In this document: in pieces, positions 1 to 12,013 of the stretch
How positions within the stretch are numbered: position 1 is the stretch's first letter
How the letters are laid out: every line of letters starts with the position of its first letter
Assembly (NCBI GenBank): GCA_020536535.1
Contig: JAHLWZ010000666.1
Span: 40,340 to 104,339, forward strand
Length of the DNA: 64,000 bases
Direction of reading: 5' to 3'
Origin: Pelomyxa schiedti
Taxonomy: Eukaryota; Protista; Evosea
Translations under genes and position numbers: made by a program
The notes under the pieces: model-generated
Told to the model about the DNA's origin: nothing
Database searches by the model: none
The model's input: the letters and a program-made list of their open reading frames with translations, nothing else

Positions 1-1189
1 TGCCCCGCTTATTCTACGTACTTTTCTTTCTCTATGTATTGGAGTAACACTCAGATTTCTTCTTTTCTTTTCCCTTCCTCTCTGAAGGTCCAGAATATCG
101 TGGGACAGGTCTTCCAATCCATGGAGTTGGTAAAAACTCTTCTTTTTTCCATTTTTTAAGCTAATGTTGTTAACCTTTTAGCCCGGCTTCAAGCCACTGA
201 AAATAGTAATACCACTGAAGTACATTTAAAAACCTCAGAGCATTTTGGAAATTGCAAGAAGCTCAGAAATTCCGGTTCAATTCCCTTTGTTTATCAGCTG
301 AACTTACTCCCGTTTAGGTGTTAACGGCATGATTTCTGACGCCAATTTCATGACACATGGGGCAGCAGATCTGGATGTATACTTGAATGAAAAGGCACCA
401 CAGGAGGAGGTATTTTCTGAAATGCCAGATTCCAAGTATTTCTAATATCTGCCAATACAACAGGGTTACAGTGCCTCCTACGTCATCTTGTGCGGCTATA
501 AACTGTGGCAAACCTGTCCCAGTGCTGCGCTAGTTTCTCTACCTCCACCAATGGACCAAGTTGCCCTGAGTGTGTAACTCTTCAGTCTGGTACTTTACCT
601 TACTTCACTTTTTAGGTGACGAGTATATGAAAGAAGTGTTCAGTATAGGGGCGAAGAGGCGGCGAACTGAGCCGGTAGTATCCCCAAATACAGCGGCAAA
701 AAGTGCCGATCTGCCGGTTGACACTGCCAAAGGTAATGGGTTTGGATTCTCTCTGTATTCTTAAACGTCACTCAATCCTCAGCAAACTGGAGGAACCTCT
801 TAAAAACGGTCGAGACTTCTGAAAGAGTCGATATGCAAGTTCTGGAAGCTCGCGTAATTGATGCCCAAAGATCTGCTTTAGAGGATCTAGATACATTCTC
901 ACTGGAGACAGCTCGTGCTGTGTTTAAGATGACATTACAGCCACTGATGAACGTAGAGGTATACTGCTGAACTCAGCAGAACTAATACCCACGTTTGCAG
1001 ATTCACAGAATAAGGGAACTTGCCCCCAAGCCTATCTCAACTGCTTTGGAATACATTTTGATGCACATGCCACTCAAAACAGCTGTTTGGCTCCAACTGA
1101 CTCTGATTGTTCATCCACCCCTGGTTGAGGAGGGCCTTAAGCAAATTGCCAAGGACTATGACATCGTCATCCCACCAAAGTTTCTGTAA
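1..1189 (+). CDS. 3' part of an uncharacterised multi-exon gene (starts before or near the window edge)
   Basis: Open segments separated by short GT..AG intron-like stretches; last exon IHRIRELAPKPISTALEYILMHMPLK...IVIPPKFL ends at TAA 1189. No recognisable domain. Confidence 0.4.
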
Positions 1190-1390
1190 TTGCAGAAAAA
1201 AATACTGTTGTTTCTAATTACTGTATCTCTAGAGTCGATGCCAATTTTGGGCAAGGAAGGAACTACACAAGAAGAGTGCAATTGGTTGATTGGATCAAGT
1301 CAAGCTGGTGGTCGGCATTACTTTCCTGGTTAATATTTTTAACTGGGTAGGTTTACCTTCAACTCTTTTTACTGGAAAAGGAGTTAATTA

Positions 1391-2720
1391 CTAGAACGGT
1401 GGTGCTGTGCACCACGTAATGGGAGCGAAGCGTAGAATTTTTTAAAGAAACAACTGCAGTTTATATGAAAGTCTCTTTTCTTGGTTTGAGTGAGGTGGGT
1501 GCGCGTTTGAATCGTTATAAACAGTTGGAAGGATTGTGACATATGCGTTGTTGAATGCATCTGCATACTGCTGTACAGGGTCGGTTGTTGCGAGTGCATG
1601 TACGGCATGTCTTTGTGGAACAGGCATTCGTACTGCTGCACGTACAGCCCTGGCGTGGATGTTTAGTGATAGAAGTCTGGCATGCTGTAGATGGTCTTTT
1701 GCTCGGAAGTATACGTTCATCAAATTCGGATGAGACGGAGGAATTCACGGGCAGGGAGTTAATGAGCCGTTCTGAGGAGCAAGCAGGATCTACTCTTAAC
1801 GGTGGGATTATAGTATTATGCAGAACAGGTGAAGTTTGGTTATCTCGCTGTGCGGAATTACGTATAGCCGAAGAGGAAGTAGCATCTTTTTAGCTGATTA
1901 GATAGGGTTTGTATGTGGCTGAATAAAATAATCAACAGACCAGAACGCTGTCCTTTTCGTTATCACCGCTCAGGATCGGCGGTCTGGTGTTTTTTTTATT
2001 CAGCCATTTGGTATACATGCCGCGGGATGGTATGGCAGCAAATGTGGTATTCTCATGTGTACCAAGTATTGCACGGCAATCTGGTACTGTATGAGACGTC
2101 ATCGCGGTTACCATATGTAGTAAAGTGATCGATGCTGCGAGTCGTTAAAAGTAGTATGTACACGATATACAGACCATTGAATACACGTGTGGCCTGGACT
2201 AAAGTGGCTGTGTTCTCTGCTAAAGTATTCTGTCTAGCGAGTTCTGCACGTAATTCTGCAGGTAAACCTTGCGTAAGAACTTTGTCTGGAATGCTGCACA
2301 GTAAGTATAGGCTGTTTCAATTTTTACAGCGAGACAATGCTACAATGGCATCCATCGTACTTGGGGCTGGCCCCGTAGGTGGTATGGCTAGATCAACTAC
2401 TGTACTACCAAGCGTCTGTCCTTGCGCTTTGTGATTTGTTAAGACAATGCTATGGTCAATGGGTATTTGTCGCCGATGAACGGCGTAGTGTGCGTAGTGG
2501 AATGTACTATTTTCGGGGAAAATGACCATGTCTTCTGTCCCAAATGCCGTTTCTGGTGCAGCCGGTGGTAGAGCTGCACGGCGTGTCGCGTCGGTTGTGG
2601 AGGTGTTTGTAGAAATACACACAGTGATGTAATCAGGCATTGTAGGCAATAAGGTGTAGTTTTGAAGCTTCATTTGTAGCTGTATGTGCTGGATAGCAGT
2701 CATTAAAGCGGGTGTACACC
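1391..2720 (-). mobile_element. Helitron2/Helentron-type element, copy 1 (3' part, truncated by assembly gap)
   Basis: Minus strand ends in subterminal repeat CGCTTCGCTCCCATTA, hairpin GTGGTGC-ACA-GCACCAC (1399-1415) and terminal CTAG (1391-1394) followed by T. Encodes PIF1 helicase C-terminal motifs (TNHKAQGQTL..VVDL; IVALSR). Near-identical to 24030-25220. Confidence 0.92.
1916..2006. mobile_element. 91-bp MITE-like insertion nested in Helitron copy 1
   Basis: Absent at the homologous position of copy 2 (about 24553, gtatttgg); bounded by a 13-bp perfect inverted repeat TGGCTGAATAAAA...TTTTATTCAGCCA. Target-site duplication is unclear. Confidence 0.8.
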
Positions 2721-2820
2721 NNNNNNNNNNNNNNNNNNNNNNNNNNNNNNNNNNNNNNNNNNNNNNNNNNNNNNNNNNNNNNNNNNNNNNNNNNNNNNNN
2801 NNNNNNNNNNNNNNNNNNNN
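2721..2820. other. Assembly gap (100 N)
   Basis: Run of N adjoining a repetitive Helitron copy. Confidence 1.
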
Positions 2821-4968
2821 GGACCAAGCTGGAACTGCATGTACCTTCTCTGTTTTTCTTTTTCGCGTTCTTACATTTGAAAACCAGCTGGTGCTGGGGA
2901 CATTGCAGACACAGACAGGAACAGGGAGCAGAGCTGACAATCGAGCCCACAGTTATCCAATCACTCTCTACTTCATGCCACTCATCTTCCCTTTAGATGA
3001 CCTAATCCAGAGGACCACATTCATTTCTGGCAGCTTGGCCACTGGTATATTTCTTATTTCTTCTTTTTCCCAGTTTCACCTTGAGTACTAGATGATGGAC
3101 TTACCGACTGCTGAGATGACAGCTGAGGTCAACGTTCCTGTCCCTTTGTGTCGGCATACCACACTCAGGGCTATTAGATACAGACAGTGCATGCCAGGTC
3201 CTGGAAATATGTGGGCTCCTCCTCCACATCCTTTCTGCATTTCCACACCTTGTCACACTGGTATGTGTGGCTTCTTTTTTCTTTCTTCAGTCTGACGTAC
3301 TTTATTTAGGTTGTGGGATTTCCGGCTGAGAATAGGATGTCGCCAAGGTACTGTCTCCCTTTTTATAATCACCCAACTCAGCAATAACAGTTACCTCCAC
3401 TGCTGGAATGAGCATCACACCAGGCCAGACTTCCACTCACCCACATTCTCACTCTACTTCCCCACACCGTGCCCCCCCAAATCTCACACTCCAATCCTGC
3501 TCTCAAGTGGGAAAAAACAATATGGAGAAGGTGGTGTTTGGCACTTAAAGACACTTTTTTTTTTTTTGCCTGAAGTCGAAAATCGACTTCAGGCCAGGGC
3601 ACATCAGGGGAGAAGTGGACTCTGGCATGTAGGGGCCAAGTGAGGAAGGTGCTGGAAATGCATCGAAGATGTTTGAATGCGGGAAAAAAAAACCTGGGAG
3701 TGGAGGTTGTGTACTTCCACAAAGTACACGAACTCGGCCTTGCTCGCGAGGCTCTGAAGTCTGGCGCGCTTTAGCGGGATTGGAGAGACTGAGGACTGAG
3801 CCGAATCTGGACTATTACCAGAATGAGACAGCGAAGGTAATGATCAGCGCACAGCGCAGCTGGGCGCACAAATACAGCAATAAGAACGCGGCAGGCGGTT
3901 TTGATCACATGCACACTTGTCCGAGAATCCATTTGAACATCGCAGCCTTTTAACCCAATCGCACAACCGCTCTGCGAGATTTTACACACTCCCTTTTTAT
4001 CCCCTTACAACAACGACCAAACAAACAAGAGAACCCTTTATTCTCCGATGCCAGCACTCCCACTGCATACAGGCTGAGTGCGGGAAAGGATCTAGAGATT
4101 GGAGGTGAGTATATTGGGTAACTCAAAGAAGAAGAGGAATACCGCTGGAATGGAGCTGAGCTGCACACACATTCTTCTGGGTGCGTGCTCGCTTCTGCCT
4201 TCAGGTCTCCCTGCTCCTGTCTGCCTCTCAACTAACATCTAAAACACCACCTGGTTATCAAATGTGAGAAGTCGAAAAAGAAAACCAGAGAAGATAAATG
4301 GAAACCTACCAGAGCACCAGCACCCCTGCCCATTATCTTCAAGGACCTGTGTTGATGTGGGAATAAAAAACAAAACCAAACTAAACAAAAACGAAAACGA
4401 AATAAAACAAACTTAAATAGCAGGAGACAAAGTGAGAAACAAAAAAAATACTGACTGAGGTGTTTAAATTAAAGTAAATTACATTAATAAATAAATAAGC
4501 ATACCAATGGCGGAGCCCTTTCAGGAGGAGAAACTTGAAAATGGTGGTACGCTGCTGGGATTGAGAGGCCGAAACTGTGAAGTATGAGATGAAGAGCGAA
4601 AAGGCGTTAAGAAGGGATGTTGAAAATTACCGGCATAGTGGACCCAAACCATAGATTTTTTGTTTTTTTTCCTTTTTCCTCCCCCAACGCCAACCGCAAA
4701 CAAACGACCCCTCCCAAGTGTAAAACCTCCTGCCCGCTCCAGTTTTTTGTACGCGGTTTTTCAAAATTTGGGGCTTTATGCCTGACGAAATGAAGGCCTC
4801 ATTCTCATCACATTTGCACACCGGTGTAATCAACGGACCGGAACGCTGTCACTTTCGTTGCTCGAAAATTTCAAAAGTTCCGAAGTCTTTCACCGGGCGG
4901 AAACTGTGAAACAAACCATTGCCGTTAACGGCTTGCACGAGCATCGGAACATGTCGCACTCGACACTT

Positions 4969-6171
4969 ATGGGTGACATTGTCGCGTTTGAGCCCCGAGT
5001 GGTGGGTGTTTTGTTATGAAGGGAATTGACACCTCTAATTATGGGATGCTATCAGCGTCTATCTGACGAATGGCGAGAAATATTCACCAGAGCAGGGCTG
5101 GTTGCCGAGGATTTTTCTTATGAGCCAGTTCGAGGAAGTTTGTTCCTCTGATCTGATACATAATATGTTAATCAAACCATTCAGGGGTTATTACTTCACT
5201 CCAACAGCTTTTGGCTCGTAGAATTACTGAAAATCCACACATGGAAGCAGAGTTGAGGGGCTATTGCAGCCAATTGGAAAATGTCAGACAGAAATCTTTT
5301 GGATATGGTCTCCCAGACCCTTCTGCTTTTGGTAAAATATGTGTGGGCTTCAAAGTTCTGTGACTCAGTGAAGCACTTCAGGTCCTAAAAATCAAATGAT
5401 AGAGAAACTTAGTTTCCACACCTCGCATGAGGACCCAGATAGACAGGTTCCCACCCCCACAATAACTCACTGTGGTCTTCCACTGTCCACCAAATCTTCT
5501 CTTCTTCGCATTGAGGCAAATCGAGTGACATACACTGGTGCATACAACAAACCTCCAGGGTGTGTTCAGGTACCTTGAATACAAGGGCTTTTTGATTTTC
5601 ACACTTTTTACACACACAAGGTTCAGATTGCCAAGAATACCGACTTCCGTTTTGAAGTATGTAAATCCAACCAGCTGCTTTAAGTCTTATAAAAACACCA
5701 GGTGAAGGTTCTAAAATTGCCCCTCTGTGAAAGCGCTACACACTCCTTTTTTTAAGATTGACAATTTGGGTGCCATGGGCACAATTGGTGTTGGAATAGC
5801 TCCATGGAAATATGACCATGATAAGCAACCGGGCTGGCTTCCAAAATCGTACGATTCCTTGACTTTTATAATGCCTCCTAAGCGGTGCTTAGAATTGGAT
5901 ACCACGGTGATGACGGGAACATTTTCCAAGTTTTCCACATCTTCCTTACGAAATTTAACCCCAAATACAGGATGGAAATGTAGTCAACCGGGGGCCAACA
6001 TGGGAAGCCGGTGATGTACTTGCATGTTACTATGAGCACACCACTCACACACTCACAATTCTCCGGAATTCAAGCCAAGTGTGGCGCGGAACAGCTCAGC
6101 CACACCCTCAAATGTGCCCAACAGTGGGATTCCACAGCCCATGTGAGTCTGTCAGGCTCTTTGTATTGTAA
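4969..6171 (+). CDS. SPRY-domain protein (RanBP9/SPRYD3-like), multi-exon; 3' end may extend to about 6310
   Basis: Spliced translation gives IGVGIAPWKYDHDKQPGWLPKS.GYHGDDGNIFQ...GPTWEAGDVL...MCPTVGFHSPCESVRL, the SPRY signature. Confidence 0.75.
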
Positions 6172-6325
6172 CCCAAAAGCCGAAACAGCACCACCAATCT
6201 GTATCTAATCGTTCTATTCCGCCTGTAGAACGAAAAACCCCATTGAATTTTCCACTCACTGGCCTTTTATTGTGCATTTCTTTTTTCCCCAAAACAAACA
6301 CAATTAATTAATTAAACACTATTGG

Positions 6326-7831
6326 ATGAGTGCCACACTACCTCCACAGCAGAATACCATTTTTGAACAAGTCCGAGAGAGTTGTGCCAGAGTCAGCCTC
6401 GTTGCCACGGACTGTCAAATTTCACAGGTGATTGTTCACAACTGCACTAGTCATTTGCTTTGCTTTGCTTTGAATGAATGGAAGTATGAGAGCACCTAAC
6501 AACCAAGCAAACACCTGTCCTTTCGTTGTCATCTACTGTGAATGTTGGTTTCGCATTTTAATCGTTTCTTGAAGGATGGGATTGAGAGGTTTGTGAAATT
6601 TCTGGAAGACGATCAAAGTGGGACATGGACTAACATTGCCACAACTCAACCTTTCATTTTTGGAGCTAATGTTGCAGCAAATAAAGTACTTGTGCAATTT
6701 ATACTTCTTCCACACAATAATTAAAGTTTAATTGGGAAATTCAACTTACATCGGGATTTTAGGTTACTCTGGAATTTGTCAGTGTGGATGCTGAAATAAA
6801 TATGCTTTCAGTATTGGATGTACTTCAGATTGGTTGTGGTTACAGAAAGATTCTACACCATTACTGCAGTAACTCCCTTTTCTTGTTTTGAGACAAATCA
6901 ATTGACCTCGAGTTTAGACCTTGGAGCCTCTGACGTTATGACAAGAGGGATAACATCTCTGCATAAAGAAATGTCTAATTTAACTGCTTCTGCCCTGAAC
7001 ACAATCAATGCTGCCGCAGTTGCACGGCATTTTGGCTTTAGTGAGGAAGCAATGAGCAATCCACTGATTCGTCAACTTACAGAGATAATTGTAAGTGTTC
7101 TCGTTGGGAGTGGCAATGCACTACTTTCTGCGGGCTATCCAGATTTTTCTTCTATGGTGAGACACTGCAGCACAATTCATACCCCACCTTTGGCCAATGA
7201 TCTCGTCTCCACTTTGTTTGAAAAGATACCAGGTAAAAGGAATTGGCCACTAACAAATAACCTCACACTCAAAAAGCCTTCAAGGATATGGCCGAGTATC
7301 CAACTGGCCAGCCAGTCTATCTAATGAAAAAGGCACAACTTCTTGCTGGTGACTTGTATAGACGTTTTGCCAAAGAGCTTCCAGACTTGTTTGCCTACAG
7401 TGACATAACAGAATTGACAGGTTTCCGGTCCACTATAAATTGTTGCACAATGTGTAACTCCCTCATAGTATTCGTTGACAATGTACTACCGGCTGTACTA
7501 CGCCACTTTGGGGTCATCATTCCATCTTCTCGCCTTACAGTGTGTAACAATATTCTTTAAGTCCGAACTGAATCACTAATTCAATCATCCACAGAGTGCA
7601 ATTGAGGGGCAAGTTGACATTCCGGCTCAAGGCGAATTGGAAGTTCAATTACGTGCTGTTGCAGTAAGAGCATGTGAGCTTATAATCAAACACACCAGAA
7701 CACTACCGGAGAGCAACCCACTCCATCACCTGACTACTTTGGATCTCGACTGGTTCCTGTGGGTGGTAGGCAAAAGACCAGGGATTCGCTCAGTGGAGAG
7801 GCATGTATGCCAAACTACTGTCTACTACTAG
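6326..7831 (+). CDS. Queuosine salvage protein family (QNG1/DUF2419-like), multi-exon
   Basis: N-terminal FEQVRESC; AFKD...VYLMKKAQLLAGDL; ITELT/VFVDNVLPAVLRHFGVI; EVQLRAVAVRACE; LDWFLW...RH....TVYY C-terminus match the DUF2419 motif series. Confidence 0.85.
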
Positions 7832-7967
7832 GGCATACAAAGTCATTTTGACAAAAAAAATTGAATTTTGCAATTCCAAAATCAAATTTTATTTCTATTC
7901 TTGGGGAAAAATACATGGTGTTGGTAAACAAAAGAGAGTTCCAGAGTAACGCGTGGAATAATGAAAT

Positions 7968-10101
7968 TCAGAGGTGGAGAAGGTTTTCCAACTTTACACG
8001 TTCTGCTGCGAGCGCTGCCCGCTCCTTCTTCAGCCTTTGCAAAGTGTCTTCAAATTCCCTGTTCGTGACGGGATTAGGGAAGGTAAGCTCATTGCTGGTC
8101 ATACCTAATGAAGGTATTGCAAGCTTTCTCGCGCTCCCGGAGACTCTCGAGGTCAAAGTCACCAGACCTATCTGCACGAGGCCGCTTTCTTGGGGGCTCT
8201 TGCAGAAGGGCTGGAGGGGGGGTAATTGTGTTTACTTTGGCAGTTGGTGCCGTTGGTTGTGGTTTCGCGGGCTGGTGTTTCTGGGGTGCATTTTGAGCTT
8301 GCTTATTTTGTTCATTTTCTACTTTGCCTTTTGCTGCCTGTGTGGTTGTTGGGTGTGTATGCTGTACAGGGGGCAACATTGAAACCTGGGGAGTTCCTTC
8401 AGACTTCTGTGCCTTTTTTGATTGTGGCTTCTGCTGAGGTTGTGTGAATTTCGGAGTTTGTCTGGTTGATGGCTGAGAAGGTGGTGAGCCATGTTGTTCA
8501 GGGGAAGGTTGATGGTTTGGAGGTTGAGAGTTGGAGTGATGAGGTTTTTGTTGTGGGTGATGTGGTTGATGATGATGCTGGGAATTATTTGCACCTGGCT
8601 TTGGAGAACCAGGTTTTGTGGGTGGGGAAGAAGCTTGGTTAGTCGGGGTTGGGGTGCCTCCTGCAGAAGTTGCTGAGGAAGGTGCAGACCGACGAACTGC
8701 CTCAGGAGAAGAAGTAGGCGAAGGTGAAGGAGACGAAGAGTAGGACGATGAAGCTGAGGAAGTTGCCGATGACAGAGAGCGAGATCGGGAGTGAGATTGC
8801 GAATGAGAATGGGAGCGTGACCGAGACCTCGACCAAGAGCGTCCCCGTGACGGCGACCTGGAGTGCGAGTGTGACCTGGAAGGCGACGGCGACGGAGAGG
8901 GGGACTGCGAGGGCGACCTCGAGTGCTGCGGAGAGTGCGACGGGGAGCGGGAGCACGACGGCGAGTGGGAGCGAGACGGGGAGCGTGAGCGGGAGTTGGA
9001 GCGGGAGTGCGACGGGGTCCTGGAGTTGGACCGCGAGTGTGACCCCGACTGCGACCTGGAGCGCGAGCGCGAGGACGCCGACCTGGAGGGGGACCTGCTG
9101 GGCGGGGAAGACGAGGAGCCAGAGGACCTGGGCGAGGCCCCCGCCTGGTCAGCGGACGACGCCGAGGAGGTGCCGGCGGTGGCCGCCGCGGCGCCGCGGG
9201 GGAGCGGCGGGGCCTTGGCGGAAGGCTGCGGCGGCGGCGGCGCGGCGGCGGCAGGCGAGGGGGACACGTCGGGGGAGCGCGAGGGGGAGACGGGGGACCA
9301 GGTGCGGGCCGGGGGCGACGGGGAGGACGACGGCGACGAGGAGCGGGCGGGGGAGACCTGGCGCATCCTCTTCCTGCGGACTGAGAGTGGCTGCTGTTGC
9401 GGGGGCGGCTGCTGGTGCTGCTGGGGGGCCTCGGCCGCGGCCCCGCCAGAGGAAGAGGAGTCATGGCCAGGGGAGGCCGCGGTGCCAGTTTGCTGTGGCG
9501 CGGCGGCGTGGGTTTGGTGCGCGGAAGATGCAGCAGGAGGGGTCGACGGCCTGGCCTTGGTCTCATTCCCAGAGGCCCCCTGCTCTTTCTGCTTGCCGCC
9601 ACTCACAGCACCAGACGTGGCTTGTTGTTGTTGTTGCTGTTGCTGCGGCGGGGGTTTCTGCTGGGCGCCACCACCGTTGCCGCCGCCTCCCCGTGCCGCC
9701 GCGGGCTGTTGGATCCTGGGCTGGTGGGGCCTGTGCTGCGCGCCTCCCCCCCCGCCGTTTGCGCTGGCCGCAGACCCGCCGGGCGCCTGCTGCTGCTGCG
9801 GCGGCGGCTTGGCAGTGCCCGAGGTGGAGGAGCCCCCTGGCTTGGGCTGCTGCGACTGCGGGGGGGACTGCTTGCTGCTGCCGCCGCTGCTCGCGGGGGC
9901 CACAGGCGCCTGCCTCGGCGGCGACGACGACGGCGAAGACGAGGACGACGCGCGGCCCGGCTGCGGGGGCGCAGGGGCAGCCCCGGGCCCACTGCCGCGG
10001 GGCGCCTGCGAGCCGCCGCCCGTGGCCTTGGCGTTGGCCGCGTCGCCTGATGTTGGTGTGGTGCCACGTGGTCCTGAGGCACGACGCATCACCCAAGTCA
10101 C
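7968..10101 (-). CDS. Low-complexity Ser/Pro/Gln/Arg (RS-like) protein with short C-terminal coiled coil; 5' end uncertain
   Basis: 670-aa ORF 8089-10101 with RS/SH/SP dipeptide runs and polyQ; probable last exon EFEDTLQRLKKERAALAAERVKLENLLHL ends at 7968. Confidence 0.65.
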
Positions 10102-10631
10102 TCGGAGAATTTGTTTTTCTAGTGTGTTTTGTTTTCACACTGGCACCAGGTTGCGGTCTCAATCAACGGGATGATTACCTGCATCAGCTTCTGTAAGGGA
10201 GATCTGGGCTCGCTTGGCTCGATTTGTGTGTCGATCTTTGGGGTTGTCGTGTGGAGCTTATTTGACTTCGTGACTAACTAACTGGCTTGACATTGTCAAG
10301 CACTTCTTGCCAATTGAATCTTAGATCGGCCGTTGGGTTCTTCAGATCTCTTTGTGTTCGGAGAGGTTCATTTTTGTTTTTTCAAGTCCGGTGCACCTGC
10401 GGGACACTAGCGCACACCGCAACCACGTGCGAAGCAGATCGCCACTGCACACGTACACGTACGTTCCTGAGATCTTTAGATCTAGCACGCGGTTTCTTGC
10501 ACGGAAATACGACAAAGTTTGTTTCGCGAGGCCGACGCGGTACTGACTGCGGAAAGGACCGGCGACACCAACACGTTATCGTTGCTCGTTTCCTTTTATT
10601 GCTTTTTCGGCAGTCGTGACTGAGCGCAATT

Positions 10632-11868
10632 ATGGCATCGCGAAAACGATGGATCACTCCTTTAACCTCCTCCACAATTCAGCCTGCGCGAAATACCCCA
10701 GCACTCACTCCTCCGTTCGTTTCCGAGCGAGATACGCCTCCCCCTCTTTTCATCACCCTCAATCACGCTCCTAATCCCCCTCCTCATGCTTATTCATCAG
10801 CCTCTACCTCGGTAACCCCCCCGCCGGTAATGGCTTGGCAACTCCGCCCTGGTGCAACTTTGGGCTCCAATGAGGAGGAAACATTGATGTCTGACCCAAG
10901 TGTCACTAACTCCCCTACACTTGAAAGGCGCCCGCCTTGGCCATATCTCGTTCAGAACTCAACAACTCCCTCTCATCTTTCAACCAGTACCACTTCTCAA
11001 GCAATTCCCTTACAGAGGCACCAGTCCTTGTCAACTTCCCAGAATGCTGTATCTTGGCCGATTCGGAGTTTGAGTGCTCCGCCATTGATTCCCTCCTTTT
11101 TACAAGGTTGGCCTTTTTATGTACACTATCATTTCCTGAGATTCTTCAGGTTGCGACTTGGAGTTCAGGCCTTCTCGTCGATCTTCAATTCCCGTTGAAT
11201 TCCCTTCTGAGGTACTGAATTCAGGCAGCGCGCAGGTGTTGAGTTCCCATCCTGAAGTACATTCCCTCGCGTACCCTCAACAATAATAACAGGTTTTTTT
11301 CAGGAAAAAGACCCCGCCAGTCTATACAAGACTGAACTGTGCCGCTCTTTTATGGAGAACGGATCATGTCGCTATGGATTCAAATGCCAGTTTGCACATG
11401 GAACTGCTGAGTTGCGCCCTGTACAGCGACATCCAAGATACAAGACAGAGATTTGCAAAACTTTTCACACAATTGGTGAGTCCCCATAACTTTGGATTGT
11501 AATCACCTTCCCAAGGTACTTGCAAGTATGGCACAAGGTGTCGGTTCATCCACATGAAGCCAACAGCGGAGGTTTCCCAACACCTATTAAGATTAATTCT
11601 CATTTTTCATGTAACTGAAGCCGTTCGTTCTACGGGATCCAGATGGGACTCTCAAGGAGGACAAGCCAACTCACCCTCAGCCTCCTCCCCTCAATGTACC
11701 CTCTACTGCGGCTGTAAGTTCTACTCAAACTGGGGACCCGCGTATGCCTTCCTTTCTAGCACAATAGCAGAGACCTAATCCAAATGCACAGCTGTGGATG
11801 GTAGACGACCTGGAAGGGCCTCCAGTAGTTCCCGTCTGGAAGTATTCCGCCACCTCACTTCTTCCTAG
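10632..11868 (+). CDS. Tandem CCCH zinc-finger protein, TTP/ZFP36/TIS11 family
   Basis: [27 protein letters not shown]...[26 protein letters not shown] at about 11320-11555; C-terminal RLEVFRHL resembles the CNOT1-binding motif; TAG at 11866-11868. Confidence 0.92.
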
Positions 11869-12013
11869 TGGGTTCTGTTGTTGTTACTTTCTACTGTCTC
11901 CTGAGGTTGTTTATAGAGGATTCCTCCGGATTAATTTGAAACTAAATAAACCAACCATAAAAGAAAGTGTTGTACACTTTTGGAACACTGAATCCATCTT
12001 TTTTTTCCTTTTT

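Noticed and set aside
2317-3091. ORFs spanning the N gap (also 63251-63958)
   Set aside because: Artificial joins of Helitron sequence to unrelated flanks across gaps of unknown true size.
2821-4500. Possible gene fragments after the first gap
   Set aside because: Only short ORFs with no recognisable motif.
8319-10196. Multiple long overlapping ORFs on both strands
   Set aside because: Shadow frames of a GC-rich low-complexity exon that lacks stop codons; the same applies near 18300-18900, 31760-32360 and 58030-58900.
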